Shown: positions 48,806 through 59,155 of the stretch, piece by piece
Layout: each line of letters opens with the position of its first letter
Numbering within the stretch: position 1 is the first letter of the stretch
Source: Parcubacteria group bacterium
GTDB lineage: Bacteria > Patescibacteriota > Patescibacteriia > UBA9934 > GWF2-40-263
Reading direction: 5' to 3'
Length of the DNA: 64,000 nt
NCBI GenBank assembly: GCA_013204395.1
Contig: JABMNZ010000008.1
Location: 15,014 to 79,013, forward strand
The notes under the pieces: model-generated
Database searches by the model: none
What the model saw: the letters and a program-made list of their open reading frames with translations, nothing else
Told to the model about the DNA's origin: nothing
Position numbers and translations under genes: made by a program

Positions 48806-49117
48806 TCAAAGTCTGAAGGTTGGTCCCGAATGGGTGAGCAAAAGCTCGTTGATACTCTGCTCATCGAGTTGCCTGATTTCCTCAGTGGTTGAGGCGGTCT
48901 GCGTTGAGTCAGCTGGTTCCTGGGTCTGGATCAGAGCGTCCTTGACCGTGTTGCGCGCCCACGAGATGGGGATCGACATCAAGAAGCAGAAGAGCATGAA
49001 TGCTGCGAAGGCACGCTTGCCATCAGCAAAGACGCTTCTTGACAGCTCCCCAAGGATAAATCCCAGCAGCAGAGCGTTCAACAAGAAGCTCAGGTTCATC
49101 AGTAGTACAGGGTCCAT
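48806..49117 (-). CDS. Small membrane protein (GC-rich); start moved to ATG 49117 (MDPVLLMNLSF)
   Basis: 2 TM segments. Confidence 0.4.
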   Translation of the reverse strand: MDPVLLMNLSFLLNALLLGFILGELSRSVFADGKRAFAAFMLFCFLMSIPISWARNTVKDALIQTQEPADSTQTASTTEEIRQLDEQSINELLLTHSGPTFRL

Positions 49118-49143
49118 GGATTTTCCTCCTCTATTGCATTGCG

Positions 49144-50031
49144 TTAGCTCACTGGACACTCGGTCCAGGAGCCATCTTCACTGAAGGTGCGTCCGCTCTC
49201 GGTGCCGTCGGCATCTGGAACAACGTAGCACTGGTCGATGCGTTCGACACGTTTGGGATCTGCGCACGGTCCCCATCCACCGCTTGGCAGATGTTGCATG
49301 GGAAGGGCGTAGCCTTGAGCACATCCTACCACGTGGCACCCACCAGGCTCTGGTCCGCCAGCTTGGCCGTGGATGAGCTTGAAGCCGGTGCACAGTGGGT
49401 GGGTGTCTCCCTTGGATTCTTCGGGAAGGGTGCGGATACGCGCACGTGGATGTGTCATGACCGGGGTCACCACGACAGGTTCGGAGCTTTCTTCCAGAAC
49501 CGTGACTTGGAATGGGTCACGTTCGATCTCTGACGCCGCGGAATCGCCATCACCCGAGTCATCATCGTCAGTGGCACTGACGTCGTCACCCGAATCGTCA
49601 TCATCGGCTTCGACGCTCAGGCTCGGTAGCTCGGTTGAGACTACAGATAGCTCGGGGAGCTGTCCGATCGCACGGGTGAGCAGGGCGATCAGGTCCTTGT
49701 CTTGTGTGATGATGATCGTCTGTCCTTTGGGGCCACCCTCGACCACCGTGAGCCCATCGGGTTCAGTTTCTCGATCTTCTTGATCCTGCTGTTCAGGAAT
49801 TCCTTCGGACGGATGCTCTGAGGTAAGACCTTTGAGGATCCGTGAAGGGGTCATGGTGCCACCGATACAGAGGATCACTCCTCCGATGATGAACACAGGC
49901 AGAGCTGCTTTGTGAGGAGAGTCCCCACGTCTTTGCAGTCGCCAGCCGATCCAAAGGACAAAGAGTCCGATCAGCACAAAGAGTCCATCTACGGCCGTCA
50001 AAAGTGGATCCATGGACGTGCCTCCTTCCAT
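49144..50031 (-). CDS. Membrane-anchored protein with an acidic linker and a Cys-rich C-terminal domain (GC-rich)
   Basis: TM LLTAVDGLFVLIGLFVLWIGW. DDDDSGDD repeats. The C-terminal domain has 8 or more Cys. Confidence 0.5.
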   Translation of the reverse strand: MEGGTSMDPLLTAVDGLFVLIGLFVLWIGWRLQRRGDSPHKAALPVFIIGGVILCIGGTMTPSRILKGLTSEHPSEGIPEQQDQEDRETEPDGLTVVEGGPKGQTIIITQDKDLIALLTRAIGQLPELSVVSTELPSLSVEADDDDSGDDVSATDDDDSGDGDSAASEIERDPFQVTVLEESSEPVVVTPVMTHPRARIRTLPEESKGDTHPLCTGFKLIHGQAGGPEPGGCHVVGCAQGYALPMQHLPSGGWGPCADPKRVERIDQCYVVPDADGTESGRTFSEDGSWTECPVS

Positions 50032-50166
50032 TGTATTTGCTCAAGCGGCGAGAAACCTCGTCGCTTCAGTTAAATAGCCCTGCGCGCCATCTCCCGAGGG
50101 GAGGAGATGGGGCAGGGCACCGAGCAGAAGCGCTCGGTAGTATTGGACGGTGTAACCGCCCGTTCT

Positions 50167-52200
50167 CTATTTGGGGGCGGTGGTCATCTGACAGGAGTGA
50201 GCCGTTGCCGGATCACTGCCGATGCAGATGGCAAACGCCTTGGCGCCGGACTGCCGACACTCGAAGATCGTTCCCGCTTGCCCACTGGTGAGCGTTCCAG
50301 TCCCTTTGACAGGACACTTCTGGGTATTCACCATGGACGTCGCGTACGACTCCGTCGCTTCGACCCTGGCCTTGAGATCTCTCTCTCGGCTCTGGCTGCC
50401 TTGCATGTCTGTGCGGAGAGCACGGATTTCCCTTTGCGTTGCGCTCAGGTCCGAAGCAATGCTGCTGACTCGCCTTCGGGTGTCTCGCTCCAGATTCCCC
50501 ACGTCATCACGGAGATCATCGACGACGGTAACTGCCTGTGTTGCAAGACTCTCGTATCCGTCTCTCTCACGCGTGAGGATGACGATCTTCGCATCCTTTT
50601 CCGTGTGTTCCGCGATGGCACCAGCGAGGGTTTCGCCGTACTGTCGCAGTCGCTCGGACTGTTTGCTCAGCTCGGCGTCCAGACCTTGGTCTCGTGACAG
50701 ACTGGCATTTCGGTCCAGTGTGTCCTCACGAAGGAGGAAGGCCGTGATCGCCAGTCCTAGTAGGACAAGAAGCGCGGTGAGTGACCACAGGGCAGAGGCG
50801 GGCACGAGCTGCTCACGCTTGACCTTGCGGACGGCGGGAGCGACTTCGGCCTTGCCTGGGATCGGCATGCGGCCTGCACGTCCCATGGACCCGGAGCGAC
50901 TTCGCTTGGGAGGAGCTGTAGGGAACAATCCGTCAGATCGATCGTCCTTGATCTCCCATTCCGTTGGGTCTTGGTCTCGCAGAGCTTCGTTCAGCGGGTC
51001 GACTTCTTCATGGCTGAGGAGCGGTCCGCTCTCGGCCACGGGGAACCTTGCTCCGATGGATGCAGGCTTGCCCCCTGTGACGTCTTCTCCACGCAGTCGC
51101 GCAACGGAACGCTCGAAGCTTTGCAGATCGATGCGCACACCCGACAGAGCCAGGGCCACATCTGCAATGGCTTCTGCACGAGCCTCATTGTCCAGTTCTC
51201 CCTCCGGAAATACTCCAGACACGAGATCATGCACGGTGGCGTAGCTGTCGAACGCAGACGCTTCCTCTGGTGGGGTGATCTCGGGGATCAAGACCAAGTA
51301 CGGAGCCATGTCCTCTGCCGTCGGCGGAGGGACATCCTCCAGGTCATCGCCGTCCAGCTCGGAATCGTCGAGATCAGGCACCTGTGGAGCGTTGACCTCG
51401 GCGGCGAGCTGGCGCAGCACTACTTCGGACTGGAGGTTCTCAAACTGGTGTGCATTCTGGTACCGCACGATGACGTAACCAAGAAGTTCGGGGTTCGGCT
51501 CCAGGTTTCCCAGAAGTACCCGAGTGATCACCGCGAGGTCACGCCCCTCCAGTCTTGATGGGGCTTCTGCAACGATTCGCTGGACCTGCGGACCGCCGTC
51601 TACTCCTAGGTAGGGAGCTTCCGACACGTTCACAAGTCGACCCAAGCTCTCTTGGATCAGGCGGACCTGACCTTCCAGAGTCTTCAGGTCATGCTCCTCG
51701 TATTCGGGGACCCACTCATTGACGACCTTGAGATCAACGTTGGCGCGCCGGTCGAGCCTCTCTTGCTCTCGTGCCTTGTCGGCCGCGGCTTGCTCAGCAG
51801 CTGCTCTCAAGCCCGCCTGTCGTGCGTCCTCGGATCGGTCACCGGTCATCAGAACGATGACCGGAACATCAGGTTCAACTTCTGCTTTTTGAGCCACTTC
51901 AATCTCCAAGCTCATGGTTGAGTCAGACGGCAAAGCGTCCGGGGTGTCGGTGACAGGGGAGTCCGGGATCGGAATCGCGTTGCTCAAGTGATCAGGTGGA
52001 TCTCTCGGATCCGACGACCTGAGTCGAATCGGCGCAGGCAAGGTCCGGGGACCGCCTGGGGGTTCTTCGTTGCCCATCAGCCCTCCTTGTATCAATCCAA
52101 CAGAGTGTGTCATTAATGCCTCTTCTAAAGAGCGCCCCGTCTCTTCCAGATGAAAAGACGTGAGGTCGAGGTCAATGCAAAACATTGAAATCGACCCCAC
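50167..52200 (-). CDS. Large hypothetical single-pass membrane protein with an extracytoplasmic coiled-coil and Cys-containing C-terminus (GC-rich)
   Basis: 677 aa. Acidic N-terminal half, TM LWSLTALLVLLGLAITAFLL, coiled-coil, and a Cys-rich terminus. Confidence 0.5.
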   Translation of the reverse strand: MGSISMFCIDLDLTSFHLEETGRSLEEALMTHSVGLIQGGLMGNEEPPGGPRTLPAPIRLRSSDPRDPPDHLSNAIPIPDSPVTDTPDALPSDSTMSLEIEVAQKAEVEPDVPVIVLMTGDRSEDARQAGLRAAAEQAAADKAREQERLDRRANVDLKVVNEWVPEYEEHDLKTLEGQVRLIQESLGRLVNVSEAPYLGVDGGPQVQRIVAEAPSRLEGRDLAVITRVLLGNLEPNPELLGYVIVRYQNAHQFENLQSEVVLRQLAAEVNAPQVPDLDDSELDGDDLEDVPPPTAEDMAPYLVLIPEITPPEEASAFDSYATVHDLVSGVFPEGELDNEARAEAIADVALALSGVRIDLQSFERSVARLRGEDVTGGKPASIGARFPVAESGPLLSHEEVDPLNEALRDQDPTEWEIKDDRSDGLFPTAPPKRSRSGSMGRAGRMPIPGKAEVAPAVRKVKREQLVPASALWSLTALLVLLGLAITAFLLREDTLDRNASLSRDQGLDAELSKQSERLRQYGETLAGAIAEHTEKDAKIVILTRERDGYESLATQAVTVVDDLRDDVGNLERDTRRRVSSIASDLSATQREIRALRTDMQGSQSRERDLKARVEATESYATSMVNTQKCPVKGTGTLTSGQAGTIFECRQSGAKAFAICIGSDPATAHSCQMTTAPK

Positions 52201-52387
52201 GCTTTCTTCCCATAGAAAAGAGGGGGATTTGTTGACTAGCTAGCTTATAAGAGCCTACACAGGAGACTAGTCTTTTTATCTATTGTAAGGGAAGGAGTCT
52301 GTCAAAAAAAGCCCTGTTTGTCAAGGGAGAGTGCCCAGTGGGGGTTGACGGAGATGTGGGCTAGTAGTAGCCTTCCTCCGTTCCGGT

Positions 52388-53371
52388 TTGTGGCACCCGG
52401 CACGTCCACCTTGTAGCCACACAGAGGAAGCAGATGAAAAACCCCAGTCCTTTGCCCCCCCGATGTCGCTGATGGGCGCTCGGCTCGAACTTCGGCTGCG
52501 AGCGGCCGTCGTTGAATCCACCCCCGATGAGGATTACGAAGACATCGATGACCTCGATGACGATCCCGTCGTCCGCATCACGGACCTGTCGGAAGTTCGG
52601 TGCTTGGACATGTACGAGTGTGAGGACTTCTTCTACACCCTCGCTCACGAGCTCGGCCTGACGGCGGTGCCCGTGGGTGACTACGTCTTTACCACCAGCC
52701 TGCAAGGGTTGGAGGTCGTGGAGGTCCCCGAGCAGTGGGGTGACAAGGGTTGTCAGGCCATCATGGACCGATTCCCGGTCGGCGGAAGGGCTCTCCAGCA
52801 GGAGCTGATCACCAGCCTGGTCGAGTGGCCGCTGGCGGTCAACATCACGGAAGCGGCGAAGATGCTCTTCCAAGGTGCGCTGTCTCTCGTGGCTGAGCGT
52901 CTCGGAAGTGGTGATGAGCTGGCCGAGGACTTCCTCACCATCAAGCCGCTCTCCCCGCGTGAGAACGGTGCGATGGAGATCATGCAGACGCTGGTCGACG
53001 AGATCATGGTGCTCACCTCCCCGGATCCCCGAGGCTTCCCCTCGCTGATCGTCGAGGTCGTCCGTTGGGAACCCAGCCCCGTCGGGAACTGGTTGAACGC
53101 CGCGCTCGCCACCGCCATGCAGGAGACCATCAAGGACAACAAGAAGGAGTGGGTCACCGAGTGGCTGGTGGCCTGTGACGCGCGACTGGTTGCCGTGCGA
53201 GCGGACGCCGAGGCGAGGTTCACTCGCGCTGCCAGTCAGAACGAGGCGGTCCGTGCCCTCTTCGCGAGCGATGAGCCCGCTGAGTCGGACGCCAGCGAAG
53301 GGCCGTCCTTCCAGGACTCCAGTCCGACCCCCGGTGCGGATACCGAGGGCCAGTCGCAGCACGGAGCCTGA
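52388..53371 (+). CDS. Hypothetical acidic protein (GC-rich)
   Basis: 327 aa with no motifs. A terminator ccccgcga-tacgca-tcgcgggg + T-run lies at 53403-53429. Confidence 0.45.
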   Translation: MWHPARPPCSHTEEADEKPQSFAPPMSLMGARLELRLRAAVVESTPDEDYEDIDDLDDDPVVRITDLSEVRCLDMYECEDFFYTLAHELGLTAVPVGDYVFTTSLQGLEVVEVPEQWGDKGCQAIMDRFPVGGRALQQELITSLVEWPLAVNITEAAKMLFQGALSLVAERLGSGDELAEDFLTIKPLSPRENGAMEIMQTLVDEIMVLTSPDPRGFPSLIVEVVRWEPSPVGNWLNAALATAMQETIKDNKKEWVTEWLVACDARLVAVRADAEARFTRAASQNEAVRALFASDEPAESDASEGPSFQDSSPTPGADTEGQSQHGA

Positions 53372-53509
53372 CTCCACAACGCGCTGAACAACTTGTTCAG
53401 CACCCCGCGATACGCATCGCGGGGTTTTTATATTGACGTTTTTCTCTTTCTTCCCTAACCTTCTCTCTCCAGCGACTTTCTCGTCTGGACCCCCCTGATT
53501 GGAGGAGAC

Positions 53510-54532
53510 ATGACCGAATGGGATATCCCAGACGATCCTGAAGACGCGACGTTTTCACTCGTCATCGAGGTGAGCGCATCTGTAAGTGGGGTGCCTCAGT
53601 ACGAAGTCCGGACTCTTCCCATGATCGAGTTCAAAGTATCTCAAGAGGAGTGCATGGAACTTCTGGCTGCAAGGGGTGCCGCACCTTCTCCTCGCTTTGG
53701 CACCTACGTTGTGCTTGCGGATCGCAACCGTGTGTACGTGCTGTCAGCCCCCGAAGGTACGACTCTGGAAGAGCGTCAGTTCATTGCAGGGGCCGTTCGT
53801 GAGAGTCTGCAGGAGTGTCGAGGTCAGTTGGTTGCGATCGCACAGCGGTTGGATCCAGACACGATCAGGGAGGTAGCCATCGCGGCTGTCCGTTCTGTGG
53901 TGGAAGTGAGACGTTTGGAGGATCCCCTTCATGACGATCTGGAGATCCCTGGCCCGAAGCACATTCGGATTGTTGCAGGTTGTTCCGCAGAGGACTTCAC
54001 TACCTTTGGGCTCATGATGATTTCTCCTGGGGTTGGAACTCCTGTTACCAGACTCAAGCCTGGTGCATATTCGATCCACGATGTGAGTGTGTTGGCTTGT
54101 CCCAGGACCCCACGTGGTCCAGTCGACGTGCTGGTCGCGCTCATGCCATCGGATCGGCTGTTGGCAAGAGTCGTGCACGCGGCTCTGGTGACTCGGATAC
54201 AAGAAGCGATTCCTCGGGTCTACAGCGAAGTCCTGATGGGTCTGGCTGTAGCGACCGAGCTGAAGATCCTGCGGTCTGAGCGCTTGTTGGATGAACTCAA
54301 GCGAGCAGGAGCGATCGACCAACATGCGTTCGCTCTGGCAGCGGAACATCGGGAGACCACAGATCGCGCCGAAGCAGAGGAAGCGAAGGAGACACGTGCG
54401 GCCGCAAGGCTTCAGACGCATCTTGAACGCGGCCGCGAACAAATGGCTTTGGGGCAGGACGATCCAGAGGTCACAGATGATTCAGGGTCAGATCTCGATC
54501 CTGATGGAACTACGACGGTTCCTGAAGCGTAG
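53510..54532 (+). CDS. Hypothetical protein (GC-rich)
   Basis: 340 aa with no motifs. A terminator cccgcg-aattacgtcg-cggg + T-run lies at 54555-54580. Confidence 0.45.
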   Translation: MTEWDIPDDPEDATFSLVIEVSASVSGVPQYEVRTLPMIEFKVSQEECMELLAARGAAPSPRFGTYVVLADRNRVYVLSAPEGTTLEERQFIAGAVRESLQECRGQLVAIAQRLDPDTIREVAIAAVRSVVEVRRLEDPLHDDLEIPGPKHIRIVAGCSAEDFTTFGLMMISPGVGTPVTRLKPGAYSIHDVSVLACPRTPRGPVDVLVALMPSDRLLARVVHAALVTRIQEAIPRVYSEVLMGLAVATELKILRSERLLDELKRAGAIDQHAFALAAEHRETTDRAEAEEAKETRAAARLQTHLERGREQMALGQDDPEVTDDSGSDLDPDGTTTVPEA

Positions 54533-54585
54533 AGCACGCCTGAAGTGAGCCAATCCCGCGAATTACGTCGCGGGTTTTTTATATC

Positions 54586-54614
54586 TCGACACGGGGTAGA
54601 TCTCGAGCTATACT
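54586..54614 (+). promoter_or_regulatory. Sigma70 promoter TCGACA-N17-TATACT. The -10 ends 9 nt before the ychF ATG, so the transcript is leaderless or nearly so
   Basis: Read directly from the sequence. Confidence 0.5.
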
Positions 54615-54623
54615 CGGCTTCAT

Positions 54624-55697
54624 ATGTTGCAAGTAGGTATTGTTGGGCTCCCAAACGTTGGCAAGTCCACACTTTTTCAGACGCTTACCAAAAAACAGGT
54701 TGACTGTGCGAATTTTCCGTTCTGTACAATCGAACCAAACATTGGTGTTGTTGAGGTACCTGATGAGAGGATCGACACACTTTCAAAAATAACTTCTTCT
54801 GAAAAAGTGATACCAACAGCGATCGAGTTTGTTGATATTGCCGGGCTTGTTAAGGGGGCACATAAAGGAGAAGGACTTGGAAACAAGTTTCTCGCCAATA
54901 TTCGTGAAGTGGACATGATTGTGCACGTGGTGCGAGACTTCGTAGATGAGAATGTTCACCATGTTGATGGAACGATCGATCCCGCACGAGATGTTGAGAT
55001 CATTGAGATCGAGCTGGCCATGGCTGATATCGGAACCGTGGATAAGCGACTGAATCTTGTTCGGGGAAAACTGAAATCAGGAAAAACAAAAGAGCTTGAG
55101 ATGCAGTCTGGGGCTTTAGAGAAAATATTTGAAGCGCTAGAACAGGGAAAGATGGCAAACACCATTGAGCTTACAGATGATGAAGAACTTCTTTTGAGCG
55201 ACATGAGTCTTTTGACCCGCAAGCCAATTCTTTATGTGGTGAACGTGGCAGAGGACGCTTCGATGACCGACTGGAAGAGCCCGCTTGGACCAGAACGTCT
55301 AGCAATGCCAATTAGCATAAAGCTTGAGTCAGAGATCATGGATATGGATGGGGAAGAGCAGAAGATGTTTCTTTCAGAGCTCGGTCTTGAGAAATCAGGA
55401 TTGGATCGACTCATCACTAAGTGCTATGAACTTCTAGATTTGATTACGTATTTTACTTCTGGAGAAAAAGAAACACGCGCTTGGACTATTGCGCGTGGAA
55501 CTAAGGCCCCTCAGGCCGCCGGAAAAATTCATACAGATTTTGAAAAAGGATTCATTCGCGCCGAGGTGATTGCCTACGATGACTTCGTGGCTGCTGGGGG
55601 AGAGTCAGGCGCGCGAGATGTTGGAAAACTTAGGGTTGAAGGAAAGGAGTACGTGATGGTAGACGGCGATGTGTGTCACTTCAGGGTGAGTACTTAG
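54624..55697 (+). CDS. ychF: Ribosome-binding ATPase YchF (Obg-family GTPase)
   Basis: MLQVGIVGLPNVGKSTLFQTLT...NFPFCTIEPN...DIAGLVKGAHKGEGLGNKFL, with a TGS domain at the C-terminus. Confidence 0.9.
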   Translation: MLQVGIVGLPNVGKSTLFQTLTKKQVDCANFPFCTIEPNIGVVEVPDERIDTLSKITSSEKVIPTAIEFVDIAGLVKGAHKGEGLGNKFLANIREVDMIVHVVRDFVDENVHHVDGTIDPARDVEIIEIELAMADIGTVDKRLNLVRGKLKSGKTKELEMQSGALEKIFEALEQGKMANTIELTDDEELLLSDMSLLTRKPILYVVNVAEDASMTDWKSPLGPERLAMPISIKLESEIMDMDGEEQKMFLSELGLEKSGLDRLITKCYELLDLITYFTSGEKETRAWTIARGTKAPQAAGKIHTDFEKGFIRAEVIAYDDFVAAGGESGARDVGKLRVEGKEYVMVDGDVCHFRVST

Positions 55698-56938
55698 TGT
55701 GAGAACACAAAGATGTCTCTGGCGATGAACTGATCTGAGCGACTATAGAGATAGTCGGCCTCGACGGTATAACCAAGGTTAGAAAGAAGATCATTGATTG
55801 GAAGGCGGTACCATGTATAGGCCTGTCCCCCGGAGCCTTGGCGAAGGGGGGCTTTTTGTTTGAAGGCAGGGAAGGCTACGACGGCTTTGCCACCTGGTTT
55901 AAGAAGAGACTTCAGGACCGCGAAAGAATCTTTGTACATTGGCAGCAAGTCCCTCTCAATCTTTTTCATTTCAAATGGATCTACATGCTCTCTGCGTGGG
56001 GTGCCAAGAAATACTTCTGTAACAATTGCATCAACCGGATCACTGTATTGAGTTTGTAGATCTGCAGCGGCGGAAGTGAAGATGGATAGATCGGGAGTAG
56101 TGATACCAAACTTTTCAACAAGCCAAGTTGTATTTGTTTGCGTGTCCTCTGTCGCTTTTTCTGAAATGTCACTGGCGATCATTTTTTTATAACCCAAAAG
56201 TCCTGCTTCCATAAGTACGGTACCCGAACCGCAGAATGGATCTAAGAGGCTGGCGCCATGAGGGTCAACTCCACTTAGATTGATCATGAGTCTAGCGAGT
56301 TTGGGTGGAAGCATGCCAGATCGTCGGTCTCGTGCTGGTCTTCCTATGTCGCGTGCCTCCCAGCTGCGGAAATCTTGCACGCTTTCTGTTTGCCCAATGA
56401 GAACACGTCCTCCACCTTGGGCGAAGAGAATGTATTCTCCACCGGACGGTAGTAGGTTATTTGTTTCAACAACAGCAGATGAGAGGATCGGTTCCTTGCT
56501 TGAAACAAATCGCACAGGTCGCCCGGATTCTCTTAGTTGTTTTTTTATTCTAACCCCCAGGCTGTTCAAGTCTTTTTCCAGCGCGCGAGTTAGTGAAACA
56601 TCCCCGGCGTTGTAAACACTAATACCGAAGCTAATCTTATTCTTTCCCATGGCACCTGATGCGTAAGAGGCAATGAGCTGAGTGGCATCATCTTCGTCCC
56701 AGCCATCAAGTTCTCCAATGATATGACCAATCTTCACAATACCAGCCAGACGCTCTTGAAGAGCTCCGAGGTTCTTCTCTGAAATGTCCGCTAGAAGCAC
56801 TTTGTCAGTAGATTGGATAATTTTAAAGCCATCGCCAAGTACGGCGTTTAGCTCTGCAATACTGAGTTCAGATTGTGCTCCAAGGATGAAATAGACCATA
56901 GATAAGGTTTGCCTGCTCATTATTGACCAAAAATGCAA
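55694..56938 (-). CDS. THUMP-domain class I SAM-dependent RNA (m2G-type) methyltransferase, UPF0020 family. The likely start is ATG near 56920 (MSRQTL...)
   Basis: LDPFCGSGTVLMEAG is SAM motif I (DPMCGSGT-type). A D-I-S-x block and an N-terminal THUMP-like region are present. Confidence 0.65.
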   Translation of the reverse strand: MHFWSIMSRQTLSMVYFILGAQSELSIAELNAVLGDGFKIIQSTDKVLLADISEKNLGALQERLAGIVKIGHIIGELDGWDEDDATQLIASYASGAMGKNKISFGISVYNAGDVSLTRALEKDLNSLGVRIKKQLRESGRPVRFVSSKEPILSSAVVETNNLLPSGGEYILFAQGGGRVLIGQTESVQDFRSWEARDIGRPARDRRSGMLPPKLARLMINLSGVDPHGASLLDPFCGSGTVLMEAGLLGYKKMIASDISEKATEDTQTNTTWLVEKFGITTPDLSIFTSAAADLQTQYSDPVDAIVTEVFLGTPRREHVDPFEMKKIERDLLPMYKDSFAVLKSLLKPGGKAVVAFPAFKQKAPLRQGSGGQAYTWYRLPINDLLSNLGYTVEADYLYSRSDQFIARDIFVFSH

Positions 56939-57019
56939 AGAAAGCTAGGATGCCACCGTTAATCACTAACTGTCCAAGACCCTAATGGGTTGCTCGAGGC
57001 TACTCGAGCCAGTACGCTT

Positions 57020-57625
57020 ATGAAAGAATACGAACTCTTTTACCTCGTACCGTCGCAGTTTACAGACGACGAAGTCACTGGTATCCAGAAGATTGTCGCT
57101 GACCTGCTGAAGGCTAACGAGGCAACGATTCTCCGTGATGAGAATCTGGGAAAGGTCACTCTGGCTTATCCAATCAAGAGGGTGACTCATGGCACATACG
57201 TCATCGTTCACTTTGACGCTGAACCATCTGTTATCAAGGAGCTTGATCGAAAGCTAAAGCTTACAGATGAAGTATTGCGCCACATGCTTCTTGCTCGCGC
57301 AGCAGGAGCTGTTGAGAAAAAGATCGACCTTAGCTCTTACGTGGCACCCCTTAATGAAGAGGGTCGACGTACCATGGGTGAGGAAGAAAAAGAAGAAGCT
57401 CCACGAGCACCACGAGCACCACATTCAGCTCCAGCAGCACCGGTCGCACCAGCGACACCGACTGAACCTAAAGAACCGGCCGTAGAAGCTCCAGTTGAAG
57501 AAGTGGTAAAGATCGCTCCTCCAACACCGTCAGCCACAACGGCTGAGGAAACAAAGATGACCATGGAAGAGTTGGATCAGAAGCTCGATAAAATTCTAGA
57601 TGGTGACATTGCAGACAATATTTAA
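57020..57625 (+). CDS. rpsF: 30S ribosomal protein S6 with a long Ala/Pro/Glu-rich C-terminal extension; start moved to ATG 57020 (MKEYELFYLV)
   Basis: The S6 core is MKEYELFYLV...GKVTLAYPIK..HGTYVIVHFDAEP. The acidic/AP-rich tail runs about 100 aa. Confidence 0.85.
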   Translation: MKEYELFYLVPSQFTDDEVTGIQKIVADLLKANEATILRDENLGKVTLAYPIKRVTHGTYVIVHFDAEPSVIKELDRKLKLTDEVLRHMLLARAAGAVEKKIDLSSYVAPLNEEGRRTMGEEEKEEAPRAPRAPHSAPAAPVAPATPTEPKEPAVEAPVEEVVKIAPPTPSATTAEETKMTMEELDQKLDKILDGDIADNI

Positions 57626-57636
57626 TTGACATACGT

Positions 57637-58095
57637 ATGTATTCACTCAATCGAGCGACCATCATCGGAAATCTTACTCGCGAGCCGGAATTGAAGCAGA
57701 TTCCCTCTGGTCAAAAAGTCTGTTCATTTGCCGTGGCCACTAATCGTTCATGGAAAGATCCAAGTGGAGCAAAGCAGGAGGCGTCTGAGTTTCACAATGT
57801 TGTGGCTTGGGCAAAGCTTGCTGAGATTTGCGCACAGTATCTTAAAAAGGGCAGCAAAGTGTATATCGAAGGACGACTTCAGACACGTGACTGGGAGGGT
57901 CAAGACGGTGTACGTCGATATCGAACTGAGATTGTGGCCGAGAATATGATTATTCTTGATAAGCCATCTGGTGGAGGTGGTGGAAATTACACTCCTGGAA
58001 CACCAAGTGCGTTCGTTCCACCTCAGGCCCCTGCCATCAGTGACCCAGCGCCAAACCCCGATGATGAAATCATGATTGAAGATATCCCATTTTAA
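57637..58095 (+). CDS. ssb: Single-stranded DNA-binding protein
   Basis: OB fold NRATIIGNLTREPELK...FHNVVAWAKLAE, a Gly-rich linker, and the C-terminal DDEIMIEDIPF acidic tip. Confidence 0.9.
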   Translation: MYSLNRATIIGNLTREPELKQIPSGQKVCSFAVATNRSWKDPSGAKQEASEFHNVVAWAKLAEICAQYLKKGSKVYIEGRLQTRDWEGQDGVRRYRTEIVAENMIILDKPSGGGGGNYTPGTPSAFVPPQAPAISDPAPNPDDEIMIEDIPF

Positions 58096-58098
58096 ACT

Positions 58099-58326
58099 AT
58101 GACAAATAACAACATCGTGAAGAAGCAAAAGCAATGCTACTTCTGCTACAACAACATCCAAGACGTTGATTATAAGGATGTAACCATTTTGCGCCGGTTT
58201 CTATCTTCCTTTGCTAAGATCGTTCCACGAAAGCGCTCAAAGGTTTGCATGAAACATCAACGAACCCTTAACACAGCCATCAAGAGAGCTCGTGTTATGG
58301 CCCTCCTTCCATTCGTACAAAATTAA
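58099..58326 (+). CDS. rpsR: 30S ribosomal protein S18
   Basis: CYFC..., DYKDVTILRRFLSSFAKIVPRKRSKVCMKHQRTLNTAIKRAR. Confidence 0.85.
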   Translation: MTNNNIVKKQKQCYFCYNNIQDVDYKDVTILRRFLSSFAKIVPRKRSKVCMKHQRTLNTAIKRARVMALLPFVQN

Positions 58327-58327
58327 C

Positions 58328-59155
58328 ATGCCCTCAAAACAGGACATGATGAGGCGGCTTGCCATGTGGCAGGACGTTGAAGACAAGATCCACGCCTTTT
58401 TCAAAGCGCGTGGATTTGTTTTTGTCAGAACACCACTTCTTACTCGTCATCCCGGGATGGAGCCTAATTTAGATCCCATCGAGACTCGGGTCCATATCAC
58501 AAACCCAAGTACAGAGGTAAGTGCTGGGTTAATCACTTCACCGGAATATGCGATGAAGAAGTTGTTGGGCGCGGGAATGGAACGTATTTATACGATCACG
58601 CCAGTTTTCAGAGATAAAGAATCTATTGGTCCTCATAATCTTCCTGAGTTCAGCATGCTTGAGTGGTATGCGCCTGGAGGTTATATGGATCTTGTTGATG
58701 AGACTGAGAAGTTACTTCAGTACGTTCTTGAGGATGACACACAATGGGCAAGATTGTCTTATGCTGATGCAGGAGTAGATTCCTTTGGGGATCCACACAC
58801 GGACAAGAAAAGATTTTTCGTGACAGAGTATCCAGTGGATCAGGCATCGCTAGCACGGTTAAGTGATGATGGGAGCTATGCTGAACGGTTTGAGGCTTTT
58901 GGTGATGGATTGGAACTGTGTAATGGTTTTTGTGAACTCACTGATGTGGCCGAGCAGCGCAAACGTTTTGAACAAGAGCAAGAGGAGAGACGTCAGTTAG
59001 GAAAGACTATCTTTCCAATTGATGAGGATCTCTTGAAAGCCCTTGGTCAGATTAAGGGATCGGTTTACGGCAATGCTCTTGGCCTTGACCGGCTCATTAT
59101 GCTCAAGTACGCTGAGCGCGATATCAGAGACATTCAACTTTTATACTTTTGCTAG
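58328..59155 (+). CDS. epmA: Elongation factor P--(R)-beta-lysine ligase (EpmA/PoxA, a class II lysyl-tRNA synthetase paralog); start moved to ATG 58328
   Basis: Class II aaRS motifs (FVFVRTPLLT...; TPVFRDKE; GDGLELCNGFCEL) are present in a protein of about 275 aa that lacks an anticodon-binding domain. It sits adjacent to efp. Confidence 0.75.
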   Translation: MPSKQDMMRRLAMWQDVEDKIHAFFKARGFVFVRTPLLTRHPGMEPNLDPIETRVHITNPSTEVSAGLITSPEYAMKKLLGAGMERIYTITPVFRDKESIGPHNLPEFSMLEWYAPGGYMDLVDETEKLLQYVLEDDTQWARLSYADAGVDSFGDPHTDKKRFFVTEYPVDQASLARLSDDGSYAERFEAFGDGLELCNGFCELTDVAEQRKRFEQEQEERRQLGKTIFPIDEDLLKALGQIKGSVYGNALGLDRLIMLKYAERDIRDIQLLYFC

